Shown here: in pieces, positions 29,792 through 39,416 of the stretch
How positions within the stretch are numbered: position 1 is the stretch's first letter
Layout: each line of letters begins with the position of its first letter
IMG/VR virus record: IMGVR_UViG_3300021130_000224
Coordinates: 44,422-108,421 of that record
Length of the DNA: 64,000 nt
Source of the DNA: a virus
Reading direction: 5' to 3' (one strand)
Position numbers and translations under genes: made by a program
The notes under the pieces: model-generated
What the model was told of the DNA's origin: nothing
The model's database searches: none
Seen by the model: only the letters and a program-made list of their open reading frames with translations

Positions 29792-32700
29792 ATGGCAATC
29801 TGGGGTACTGACTGTGGCCGGGTAAAACTTTCCGGTAAAATGATCAAATCTGTTTCTGCTAAAAACGGAAATGAATCAAAATTGTATAAAGATATATTAG
29901 AACAGCTTGATACTTTACCAAAAGAAGAAGTTGATCAGCTCAGAAAATCTTTTAAAGATTGGGAAGGGGATATTGTAGGAGATGTTGATAACAAGCGACA
30001 TCTGGCTTTAGCATTATATGCTAAAACAAATAGTCCAAATTTTAAAAATGAGTTCAAAGGACAATTTGATAACAACAATGAACCTGTGTCAAAAGATGCA
30101 TTAGATATTCTTTTAAAGAAAAATGAAGAACTACAAGAACAAAAAGTAGAATCAGAGGATATATATAAACAACTGCCTACAGAAAAGGAGGAAACAAAAC
30201 CATCAAAAGCATCTGAAGTAACAGTTGATGAGTTTAAAGAATTTTTGAAACGTGCAGGTATACCATTGAATGAAATGGTTAAAGGTAGGGTTGATGAAAA
30301 TGGTAATCCTATTACTCCTGAAAATGCTGCTTATATTTCGGAAAGACTTGTAAATGTTATTGATGGTGAACAAGCAACAGCATTACCAGAAGAGGCATCT
30401 CACCATGCTGTTCAGTATATAAAAATACATGACCCTAAGTTATTCAAAGCAATGATGAATAAGGTGGGTAATTATAATTTATATGGAGAGATTGCTGAAC
30501 AGTACAAAAATGATTCTGCTTATAAATTAGAAGATGGTAAACCAAATATTCCAAAAATCAAGGAAGAAACCTTAACAAGGTTATTTGTTGAGAATGTTAT
30601 TAAAATTAAAGAAGGTAGTACTGAAAAACCGGAACTTGTTGCACAAACTCAAACTTGGTGGAAACAAGTAATTGAATCATTACGTAGCTTCTTTAATACC
30701 GGTTCTTTTGATCCGTTCAGAAAAGCAGCAAAACAATTTGTTGAAAAAGAAGGTGCTTTTTCAGATGAGAATGTAAAAAACAAAGTTGATCAATTAAAAG
30801 ATTGGAAATCAAGTGAAAACTTTAAAGACTTTTCTACAAACACAATAGAAAACTTTAAGGGTGTTGTTGAACAAGTACCTGATCATACTGCTATTGTTAC
30901 TCATGGTACTGTAATATCATTACTTAAAACCTGGAAGGATAATAAATACCAGGATGGAGAAGTATCAATGGATGTTTTCCAAAAACAAGAAATTAACAAT
31001 GGTCACATTGAAGAGATAGATTATAACGGTAAAAAGATATTTCTTGTTCGTCATGGTGAATCAGAAGCAAATGTTGATGATGTAGAATCAACTGATAATA
31101 CCCCTCTTACCCAAAAAGGTAAAGAAGATGCAATGAAGGTTGCTCAAGAGCTTCGTGATAAAGGTATTGTCAAAATTGTATCTACTGAAACAGACAGGAC
31201 AAAAGGAACTGCAGAAATTATCAGAAAAGAATTAGGACTCTCTGACAAGTTTGCTCAGGTAGATAAACAGAAAGCTACTTTTGATGCTATTGTTGCAACT
31301 CTTAATAAGATCAAAAAAGAAGTTACTGCTGATGAGAACTACTACTTAAATGTAGAAAAGAATAAAAAGGTTCAGAATAGAATAACCGATAGAGCACAAC
31401 GTATAGTAGATGCTGCTTTTGGCGACAGAGAAATAAGTGAAGAACAGCGTAAAGAATGGGATCAAAAAGCTGCTACAGGTAGTGCAGGTCATGATGATAT
31501 TGCTAATATCTTCTCAAGGTATATTGATAAAACAACCGGTTTTGTAAGAAAGAAAAATGGTCAGTTTGCACCATTAGATATGGAGGGTTACGTTTCTAAA
31601 ATAAACCCAGATAACGATGATTATTATAGCATGCTTGAAAAGATGATGCGAGATGTCATTAGTGAATACCCTGAAAATACCAGGTTTATATGGGAAACAC
31701 CTATTTATAATGAACTTACTGATGAAGCAGGTACTCCTGACTTTCTTGCTATTCTTCCTGATGGTACTGTAGACAATCTTGACTGGAAGTTTCTTGATAT
31801 TAAGGATAATGTAAAGGATATAGCCAAATATAAAAAGAAAGCATTCAATGTTCAAATGAAAGGCTATGCCGAAATACTTCGTAATTCTTATGGTGTAGAA
31901 AAAATAGGTAGAAGCAGAATCATGCCTATACAAGCAAAGTACAAATTTGATGACATTACAGGTCAAAAAATATTTGCCGGCATAGAGATTGCCAATAGTG
32001 AAGACAACTATAAAGGGGAAAAAAGAGACTATCTTATTCCTCTCCCATCTGAAGTAGAAACAGTAAGAGAAAACTCAGAAATACAAGATCAAGTTGAGAA
32101 AATGAATAAACTTCTTGATCAGCTTTCTAAACAGAAAAAAGAAGAAATTAGCGAAGACAAAAAAAGAACTTATGAGCAAAGAATTGCAGAGGTTATGAAA
32201 GCAATTCGTTATGCTCAGGTAAAAAAAGATGCAACATCTGCAGTAGAATCTATTAGTGGTTACCTAAATGAAATAGGCCCTAAGTTTAAAGAATACATGA
32301 AGATATTTGAAGAAGGTAAGGAGTCTCAATATACACTTAGTGACTTAAATAGAATGGCAGATGAAGTGTACCGTTCTTATGAATATCTTGCTCCTTTTTA
32401 CAACCTTGAGCACGTATATAAAGATCCGGAAACAAAAGCAATGCTTTATGATCTATCTTACAGAATAAGTGAGGCAGGTAAATATATGGATAAACTAAGT
32501 GCTTTACTTATAGAAAAAGGTGTAGCAAATAGATTTAATCTTTTTGGTGTAGCAGGTACTGATCCTATGACAGGTAAACCATTTGCTGACCAATTAGTAA
32601 GTTGGGGTAAAAAGCTTTGGACTACAAGTGCTAATGCAAAAACAAGAGCCGGTCAATTATTTCATCATGTAAGAGATTTGGTTTATCAAAAATCAACTTT

Positions 32701-35299
32701 TAAAAATATGGAAGTGCAAGATGGATACGATAAAATTGCACAACCTGTTTTAGAATGGGTAAAGAAAAGGTCCAGAAAAGAACTTGACAAATTACTATTA
32801 AAGCAAGGTAAAGATCAATGGGGGCTTCATGATAAATACTCAAAAGAGTTTGATACTAAACTTCAGAAAGCCCAGAAAGATGGAGACCTTAATTGGATAG
32901 TTGACAACATAAAGTTAAAAGACTACATGATTGATTATGAAGAAAGGTTTAATAAATACATGAAATGGGCTACTGAGTATTTTTCTAACTATACTGATAA
33001 TACCAGTAGAAATGAACAACTTCTTGAAGAAGCTAAAACAGACTTTCAAAAGAAGTATGATATCAAAGCTTATCCTAAAACTGCTATTGCTATATCCAAT
33101 GATAGATTAAAGCGATTTCCTACAGATACTTGGTTTTCAAATGAGTACAAGGAACTAAATAAATCTGAAAATGCACCTCTTCTTGAAATGTATAATTACA
33201 TGCAAAAAAGGTTTAAAGAAGCTCATGATATAGGTATATTGGATCATAACTATATGCATTTTATACCAATGGCACCAAATTCATTTGTTGAAACTGTAAC
33301 ATGGGGAGATAATAAATTTAAGAATATTATTAGAAACATAGGCTCATCTGTTACATTGCGACCATTTGATGCCGGTTATACTAATCCTATTACAAAAGAA
33401 CCTGAAGACAAGCTGCTTGCAAGATATGTATCTGATTTGTCATCAAGAGATGCTGAAGGCAAAAAAGACTATTCTAATTTATCAAGAGATGTACTTTCCT
33501 TAATGCCATTATTTAACCTTGAGATGGTAAAGTATGAGTATGCTAAAGACATAGAAGGCATCGTTAAACTTCTGCTCAAGGTAGAAAAGAATAAACCTGT
33601 TCTACGTACTAACTCTTGGGGAGAACCTGTAGTAAAAGAAGGAAGAGTGCAAATGATGGATAGTCCTGAAAATTATGAGCACCTAAGAAAAATGATAGAC
33701 TCTCATTTTTATGGAAAATCAGGTTCAGATGATCAGAAAGGATGGGGCTTTAAGTTTGATTATAACGGTATGGCTAATAAAGTAAATAAATTTATGGGTT
33801 CTGATGTAATGCCTTTATCTGAAGATGAAAAGGTATTTGTTTCTTTTCCAAAACTTATTGAAACAGTAAATAGAAATCTTACAATTAAAGCACTGGGCGT
33901 TAATCCATTTAGTGCATTATCTAACTATTTTGGTGGTAATTTCCAGGCATGGATAAATACAGGAGAAGTAGAAAGAGATGATTTTGATTTTGCAAAAGTT
34001 CTAATTGGAAAAAATAACTTTTTAGCTACTGAAGAAACTAAAGTCATAGGTGGTCTCATGCAGTATTTTTCCCCTTTTACTGCTGAAGAAACAAATGAAA
34101 ATGCAAGAAAATATAGCCTTAATGATTGGAATAAATGGTTATCTACTCATACATTAATGACCATGATGAGAGGCAGTGATCATTCGGTTGAAATGGTGAC
34201 ATCTTTGGCACTTATGAAAAACCTTATGGTTGTAGATGGTAAGTTAGTTAATATATGGTCTCATTTAAAAGAGAAATATAACTACTCATCTATTTACAGC
34301 ATGGAGTCACCACAAGCAAGAAAAGCTATTATTGATAAAATGAAAGCAGAGTATAAAGATCTAAAAGAAAAAAATTCCATTGTAAAAACTTCTAAAATAG
34401 TAGATGGTAAAATAGAAATACCCGGTCTTATCAAAAACGATACATCTATATTCACTGCAAGAGCCAAAATGCAGAAAATGGTAATGGATGCATTAGGTAA
34501 TAGAACTCCTTATCAGAAAATGCAAATTGATCAAAACATTTTTGGTGCATCACTTATGGTATTTCATCACTGGATACCACCATTAGTAAACACCAGGTTT
34601 GATAATTTACAATATGTTGCAAGTGCTCAAACTTACAAGTGGGGGAGATGGAAAATGTTAGGTGCAGCATTGCATGAAAAAGGCATAGGTGCATTTGGTC
34701 ATCTTATTTCACATCTTAGTAATAGTGATGAAGATATTATCGCAACTGCAAAAGCTTTGTATCAAAAGAAAAGGCAAGAATTTTTACAAACCGGTGAAAT
34801 AAGCAATTTTGATAAAAACATGACAGAAGCTGATTTTATAGACATGTATAAGAAAAACATGGAAGCCAATTTTATTGATGCATTGTCTACACTTTCTCTT
34901 ATATCAGCATATTATGCAGCAACTGCAATGGCACCTGATAAAGATAAAAAAGGAAGAGGTTGGTACAAAGCATCTTTAAAAATGTTAGACAAGTTTTCAG
35001 ATGAGCTTGCATTCTTCTATTCACCTGCTTCGTTTTATAGACTTGTAGGTAATGCAAAGTTACCAATAGTAAATACTGCTCTTAATACTTATAAGTTTTT
35101 AAAAGCTGCAGGTAAAGAACTTTATTATGATGCAAAAGGTGATAAAGAAGCTGCTGAGAAAAATAAAGTTTTAAACCGTGTAATAAACGAAGTACCTCTT
35201 ATAAATCAAGTAGTTAACTTTTGGACAATGTTTGATGACGATCTGTCAGTAGAAATAAAAGGTAAAGTTACTCCTGATGATCCTAACAAACCATTATAA
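29792..35299 (+). CDS. Large polyvalent cargo protein (degenerate zincin, permuted histidine phosphatase, PD-(D/E)xK nuclease, helical C-terminus)
   Basis: LPEEASHH near 30389, VTHG at 30899, LVRHGES at 31049, GTPDF...LDWK...QMKGY at 31730-31870. Confidence 0.7.
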   Translation: MAIWGTDCGRVKLSGKMIKSVSAKNGNESKLYKDILEQLDTLPKEEVDQLRKSFKDWEGDIVGDVDNKRHLALALYAKTNSPNFKNEFKGQFDNNNEPVSKDALDILLKKNEELQEQKVESEDIYKQLPTEKEETKPSKASEVTVDEFKEFLKRAGIPLNEMVKGRVDENGNPITPENAAYISERLVNVIDGEQATALPEEASHHAVQYIKIHDPKLFKAMMNKVGNYNLYGEIAEQYKNDSAYKLEDGKPNIPKIKEETLTRLFVENVIKIKEGSTEKPELVAQTQTWWKQVIESLRSFFNTGSFDPFRKAAKQFVEKEGAFSDENVKNKVDQLKDWKSSENFKDFSTNTIENFKGVVEQVPDHTAIVTHGTVISLLKTWKDNKYQDGEVSMDVFQKQEINNGHIEEIDYNGKKIFLVRHGESEANVDDVESTDNTPLTQKGKEDAMKVAQELRDKGIVKIVSTETDRTKGTAEIIRKELGLSDKFAQVDKQKATFDAIVATLNKIKKEVTADENYYLNVEKNKKVQNRITDRAQRIVDAAFGDREISEEQRKEWDQKAATGSAGHDDIANIFSRYIDKTTGFVRKKNGQFAPLDMEGYVSKINPDNDDYYSMLEKMMRDVISEYPENTRFIWETPIYNELTDEAGTPDFLAILPDGTVDNLDWKFLDIKDNVKDIAKYKKKAFNVQMKGYAEILRNSYGVEKIGRSRIMPIQAKYKFDDITGQKIFAGIEIANSEDNYKGEKRDYLIPLPSEVETVRENSEIQDQVEKMNKLLDQLSKQKKEEISEDKKRTYEQRIAEVMKAIRYAQVKKDATSAVESISGYLNEIGPKFKEYMKIFEEGKESQYTLSDLNRMADEVYRSYEYLAPFYNLEHVYKDPETKAMLYDLSYRISEAGKYMDKLSALLIEKGVANRFNLFGVAGTDPMTGKPFADQLVSWGKKLWTTSANAKTRAGQLFHHVRDLVYQKSTFKNMEVQDGYDKIAQPVLEWVKKRSRKELDKLLLKQGKDQWGLHDKYSKEFDTKLQKAQKDGDLNWIVDNIKLKDYMIDYEERFNKYMKWATEYFSNYTDNTSRNEQLLEEAKTDFQKKYDIKAYPKTAIAISNDRLKRFPTDTWFSNEYKELNKSENAPLLEMYNYMQKRFKEAHDIGILDHNYMHFIPMAPNSFVETVTWGDNKFKNIIRNIGSSVTLRPFDAGYTNPITKEPEDKLLARYVSDLSSRDAEGKKDYSNLSRDVLSLMPLFNLEMVKYEYAKDIEGIVKLLLKVEKNKPVLRTNSWGEPVVKEGRVQMMDSPENYEHLRKMIDSHFYGKSGSDDQKGWGFKFDYNGMANKVNKFMGSDVMPLSEDEKVFVSFPKLIETVNRNLTIKALGVNPFSALSNYFGGNFQAWINTGEVERDDFDFAKVLIGKNNFLATEETKVIGGLMQYFSPFTAEETNENARKYSLNDWNKWLSTHTLMTMMRGSDHSVEMVTSLALMKNLMVVDGKLVNIWSHLKEKYNYSSIYSMESPQARKAIIDKMKAEYKDLKEKNSIVKTSKIVDGKIEIPGLIKNDTSIFTARAKMQKMVMDALGNRTPYQKMQIDQNIFGASLMVFHHWIPPLVNTRFDNLQYVASAQTYKWGRWKMLGAALHEKGIGAFGHLISHLSNSDEDIIATAKALYQKKRQEFLQTGEISNFDKNMTEADFIDMYKKNMEANFIDALSTLSLISAYYAATAMAPDKDKKGRGWYKASLKMLDKFSDELAFFYSPASFYRLVGNAKLPIVNTALNTYKFLKAAGKELYYDAKGDKEAAEKNKVLNRVINEVPLINQVVNFWTMFDDDLSVEIKGKVTPDDPNKPL

Positions 35300-35411
35300 A
35301 CGGCATATAGAAATCGAATTATTTTAAATTACCTATTGTTTGCATCAAGGTAGCCATTACTTTTACACTGCGGTTACCTATTGAAGACGATAGTTTTCTT
35401 TACCTCTTAAA

Positions 35412-35798
35412 ATGTTAAATTGTATGGACTACGGACCAATACAACCAGGAACCAAATCTACCCTTAATGGGATGAGACCAACTCTCAGATCCTCTGAAGA
35501 GTCAAAGTTCCTCTGGTTACTTATCGAAGAAGTTAAAAGGCTCAATGGGGCTCTACATAACGTATTCACATCTGCTCCGGCAGCGTTTACAGTAGGTACA
35601 ACCACAGGTGCTCCAACAAACGGTGTATCGTCTTGGACAATTACTACAATTAATGTGATTGGAAAGAATCCTGTATTCTTACTTAATGGTACTCCGAAAG
35701 CAGCAGGTGTAGATTATACTTTTAATAATGCAACAGGAATCATGACCTTGAGCAGTGGTACATTTGCTACGGCCCAGGTATGGACAGTAATATATTAA
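35412..35798 (+). CDS. Small Thr/Gly-rich structural protein (Ig-like C-terminus)
   Basis: VFLLNG...GVDYTF pattern is typical of phage tail Ig-like repeats. Confidence 0.5.
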   Translation: MLNCMDYGPIQPGTKSTLNGMRPTLRSSEESKFLWLLIEEVKRLNGALHNVFTSAPAAFTVGTTTGAPTNGVSSWTITTINVIGKNPVFLLNGTPKAAGVDYTFNNATGIMTLSSGTFATAQVWTVIY

Positions 35799-35819
35799 TA
35801 ACTTTTAAAAAATAAAGCA

Positions 35820-36221
35820 ATGACAAACCAATTTAGTAACAATGATCTTTACCTGAAGTCAACAGGTCCGATTACGTCAAATAATCCTGTAGCAGGTGTA
35901 GGTTATGCAACAGGTGCAGGTGCTGCAAACGCAGGGGTAGCAAGAACAGGTACAACTGCAATTTCAAATACCTTAACGGGTTCAATTACTTTAGCAGCCG
36001 GTGCAGGAAGTGCGACTCCTGCAACTATTACACTGACCAATACTGCAATTGCAGCTACTGATGTGATAGTAGTTAACCAAAAGTCAGGCTCAAATCTGTA
36101 TGAAACATTTGTAACAGCAGTAGGTACAGGTACATTTAACCTTACTTTCTTTACTACAGGTGGTACAACTTCAGATAGCCCTGTATTTAACTTTGCTGTA
36201 ATTAAGGGTGTTACTTCATAG
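35820..36221 (+). CDS. Thr/Ala/Gly-rich virion decoration or fibre protein
   Basis: Composition and beta-strand pattern, location in the late module. Confidence 0.5.
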   Translation: MTNQFSNNDLYLKSTGPITSNNPVAGVGYATGAGAANAGVARTGTTAISNTLTGSITLAAGAGSATPATITLTNTAIAATDVIVVNQKSGSNLYETFVTAVGTGTFNLTFFTTGGTTSDSPVFNFAVIKGVTS

Positions 36222-36256
36222 TAACTTCAGCAATTCGATTTTAAAACAACTACATA

Positions 36257-37285
36257 TTGAAAAAGGTAACGATACTTATCTCAGTACCCTTTGACCTGTA
36301 TTTTGCCTCGGAAATAGAAGTACAGTGTCACAACTTTAGAAAGTTTGGGTACAGTTCAGCTCTCCAGGTCATTGTTTATGAAACCGGTGAGAATACATAC
36401 AGGGAATACTGGGATAGATTGGCAGAAAGGTATAAGGAGGTTAAGTTCTTCTTCTACAGCGATGATAGCATTCAACATATAGTGAAAGCATATCCTCCTT
36501 ATATCCGGCCATTCTGCTTTCAAAAGCATTGGATGGCACATCCGGAACTTAAAGATTATACCATAATCTACCTTGATGGTGATGTAATATTTAGCAAGCA
36601 CTTGGATTTTTCAAAGTATATTAACGATGACATTTGTTATATGTCAAGGACAAAATATATTGATGCTAATTATTTTGCCGATAAGCGAAAAGATGTACTA
36701 CCATTCAGACTTGCTGATTACGATAAAGTTGATGTGCTTGGAAACATGGCAGCAATTGCAGGTATAAGTAAACAAACTGTAATTGACAATATCGAGAACA
36801 CAGGAGGCTGTCAGTATATTCTAAAAGATATAACTGCTGATTTCTGGGCCGAGCTTGGTGATATGTGCATACAAATAAGTATGTACGCAAAAGACATCAA
36901 CAGACAGTTTTTTTCGAGCGAAGATAAAGGCTTTCAATCCTGGGCTCTTGGTGATATGTGTGGACTACTGTGGCTTCTTTGGAAGCAAGGTAAAGAAACA
37001 CGATGTCCGGAAGAACTTGGTTTTAGTTGGTCAAGCAATCCAATAGCAGAGTATGACAAGTATGCATTCTTTCACAACGCCGGTGTAATTAAAAACTACA
37101 TGGAGTTACATGGTGAAAAACGAAAGTTGTTTAACAAGAATGATTTACGTTTTAGATCAAATACTCTTACCTTTTTCGATTTGGAATATGAGGGTATATC
37201 CGAAGATTACTGTAGCATCATGTATGTAAAAGCAATCAAGGAAGTTAAAAACCCAATTTGCAAAACAAACAAATTATTATACTAA
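36257..37285 (+). CDS. GT-A glycosyltransferase (HPAT/SERGT-like), TTG start
   Basis: YLDGDVIF DxD motif preceded by YPPYIRP...HW, followed by GGCQY, W..DM and FFHNAG. Confidence 0.7.
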   Translation: MKKVTILISVPFDLYFASEIEVQCHNFRKFGYSSALQVIVYETGENTYREYWDRLAERYKEVKFFFYSDDSIQHIVKAYPPYIRPFCFQKHWMAHPELKDYTIIYLDGDVIFSKHLDFSKYINDDICYMSRTKYIDANYFADKRKDVLPFRLADYDKVDVLGNMAAIAGISKQTVIDNIENTGGCQYILKDITADFWAELGDMCIQISMYAKDINRQFFSSEDKGFQSWALGDMCGLLWLLWKQGKETRCPEELGFSWSSNPIAEYDKYAFFHNAGVIKNYMELHGEKRKLFNKNDLRFRSNTLTFFDLEYEGISEDYCSIMYVKAIKEVKNPICKTNKLLY

Positions 37286-37300
37286 CAAAATTTTAATATC

Positions 37301-37783
37301 ATGAACTATTCAGATAGAACCAAACTGAGACTTTGGGTCAGATTGGATGCCAATGGAGATGTAATTCCGGGCAGTGAACAATACCGTCCTATTGGAGTAA
37401 CTCCTAAGAATGGTAAATGGAGAATGGTGAAAGGTAGTTATTGTTGCGGAGCAGGTGATGCTATCATAATATTTACCAATACTACTGCAAGTGCAAATAT
37501 TACAGCTATCTCTACTGCAGATAATGTAATTAACTGGACTGGTACATTGGCAAATAATGGAATGATTGCTTTTGTTATACCTAATGGATATGATGAAACA
37601 TTTACTGTTACAACAAGTGCTTATTCAGGTAGAACATTTACTACTTCTGTTTCACAACAGAATGTAGAAGGAACTGCTACAATATCTCCACCAACTGCTT
37701 CTCCGTATTCACTAATAGGATTAACAACTGTAATTACTACAAACGTAGCACCTGGTGCACAATTCTCAGTTATACTTTCATAA
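37301..37783 (+). CDS. Small structural protein with Ser/Thr-rich C-terminal domain
   Basis: N-terminal WVRLD.NG.VIPGS...W...CC motif followed by a Thr-rich beta domain. Confidence 0.5.
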   Translation: MNYSDRTKLRLWVRLDANGDVIPGSEQYRPIGVTPKNGKWRMVKGSYCCGAGDAIIIFTNTTASANITAISTADNVINWTGTLANNGMIAFVIPNGYDETFTVTTSAYSGRTFTTSVSQQNVEGTATISPPTASPYSLIGLTTVITTNVAPGAQFSVILS

Positions 37784-37794
37784 TTATTCAAACG

Positions 37795-38103
37795 ATGCCT
37801 ACACTTAAAACAAGTATTGACTACAGTAAGGCGTTTACATGGTTATTGGGTATTACCCTTGCTTTCTTTTCATGGTTTGGAAAAGTTGCCTATGAGAAAC
37901 TCAATTCTATAGATGCCAAAGTTGAAACACTATTGGTTCAGAATGGAATCCAGAAGACCGAAATAGATAACTTGAAAGAACAGATCAAAGAAATAAATCC
38001 TTACAAGAATAACAATGACAAAACCGTTGCTGTTATTCATCAAGAAGCAATATTACCAGATCAAACAGAGCTAAAGAAAAAGTATTCTTTAGTATCTAAA
38101 TAA
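37795..38103 (+). CDS. Holin-like membrane protein
   Basis: Single N-terminal TM helix followed by a coiled coil, at the end of the late module. Confidence 0.4.
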   Translation: MPTLKTSIDYSKAFTWLLGITLAFFSWFGKVAYEKLNSIDAKVETLLVQNGIQKTEIDNLKEQIKEINPYKNNNDKTVAVIHQEAILPDQTELKKKYSLVSK

Positions 38104-38115
38104 AATAAATTACAT

Positions 38116-38820
38116 ATGGTAGCATTACAATGGTTGAAAAAATACCTTAAAGACTTTACATGGAAAGACTTTGGATATGTTGCAATTATTGTAGTGCTAT
38201 TTATTTGTAGTATAAGAAGCTGTCATTCTGACCCCGGGCCAATCCCGGTAGTCCCACCGGCTTACAAGCCAACTAAGCAGAAAACAGACAAAAAGGGAAC
38301 AGAGTACACTCAAGTAACTGGGACTCTTTACACACCTGAGCAAATGAAACACATGGTGGATTCTATTGCAAAGGCCCTAGGGGTTAAACCTGGGGGTGTC
38401 ACTGGGGTTACAGGTACAACAACTATTATTGATACACATGCCCACACTACGAAAACTGTCTACGTTGATACGTTCACTCACACAATTGCTGACAGTATCT
38501 CTACGAAAGATTACTTTTTATCTTACCACGGGAATTATGCAACACGAGTTGGTGATTTCCATATGCAGCTTTCTCCTGATACTGCTACTTATGTTAGTGT
38601 TGTTACTAAGCAATTGCTCCGGCCCGACAAATACGAAGTCAAGATCTACCATACCAACAAACTATTTGAGCCACAACAAGGATACAGTTATACCAGTACC
38701 GCACCGAAGACGATTGCAGTCATCGGTCCCCTTTTAGGAATGGGATATAATGGTAAAATTTTACCGGTAATTGGTATAGGTATCACATTTAATTTAGTAG
38801 GAATCAAGAAAAAGAAATAA
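38116..38820 (+). CDS. Spanin-like membrane/lipoprotein
   Basis: N-terminal TM ending in IRSC, and a C-terminal amphipathic GxGY..G.GI beta-hairpin. Confidence 0.4.
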   Translation: MVALQWLKKYLKDFTWKDFGYVAIIVVLFICSIRSCHSDPGPIPVVPPAYKPTKQKTDKKGTEYTQVTGTLYTPEQMKHMVDSIAKALGVKPGGVTGVTGTTTIIDTHAHTTKTVYVDTFTHTIADSISTKDYFLSYHGNYATRVGDFHMQLSPDTATYVSVVTKQLLRPDKYEVKIYHTNKLFEPQQGYSYTSTAPKTIAVIGPLLGMGYNGKILPVIGIGITFNLVGIKKKK

Positions 38821-39134
38821 TGTCGGCAGTCGAATACATAGGGGAGCACATGCTCACTGATAACGAGCTTGAGATATTTAATCTTATGTTCTCGATCCTC
38901 TATTATTCTGATCCTGCATATAAGGCAACTATTTTTAAGAAAGATGACGAGATTATTGGGCACATCACTCCATCAAGGTCGGAAAATAAACAGGCTATTA
39001 TAGACAATCTGTTATTCTTTAATAGAGTAATTAAATTAAGAGTTAGATATAGTTCATCATTAGCAATTAGTAAAAAAGTTTCTTTTAGGATACCTTTGGA
39101 AAAATCCAAATCTTCAGTACCTTTACACTCTTAA
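38820..39134 (+). CDS. Hypothetical protein
   Basis: Start overlaps the upstream stop (TAATG). Confidence 0.55.
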   Translation: MSAVEYIGEHMLTDNELEIFNLMFSILYYSDPAYKATIFKKDDEIIGHITPSRSENKQAIIDNLLFFNRVIKLRVRYSSSLAISKKVSFRIPLEKSKSSVPLHS

Positions 39135-39143
39135 AAACTACAT

Positions 39144-39416
39144 ATGTTGAAAAACGGAGCACAGTACAAATGGCCATCAGATGCCACATTTACTTTAACC
39201 AACGAACAGTTTGGTCTTTTGTATAGCAGTCTGAGCACAATGGTAAACACACCACAGTTCCAGTCTAAAATTGTTGAGGCACAGCAAACACTGGGCATTG
39301 CACAATTGCAGCAGACAATGAACGATGTTCTTGAAAAAGCTGTTACAGATGGTGTTGCCACTGAAATTATGCCTGAAGACGGTACATCTAGTGAGAGTGC
39401 ACCGGAAGAGCAGTAA
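39144..39416 (+). CDS. Hypothetical protein, last + strand gene
   Basis: 90-aa ORF converging on and overlapping the - strand exonuclease gene. Confidence 0.6.
   Translation: MLKNGAQYKWPSDATFTLTNEQFGLLYSSLSTMVNTPQFQSKIVEAQQTLGIAQLQQTMNDVLEKAVTDGVATEIMPEDGTSSESAPEEQ

Noticed and set aside
798-31966. Numerous short antisense ORFs in the track opposite the large + strand genes (and + strand ORFs opposite the replication genes)
   Set aside because: They are shadow frames of long coding sequences with biased F/L/S/I composition.
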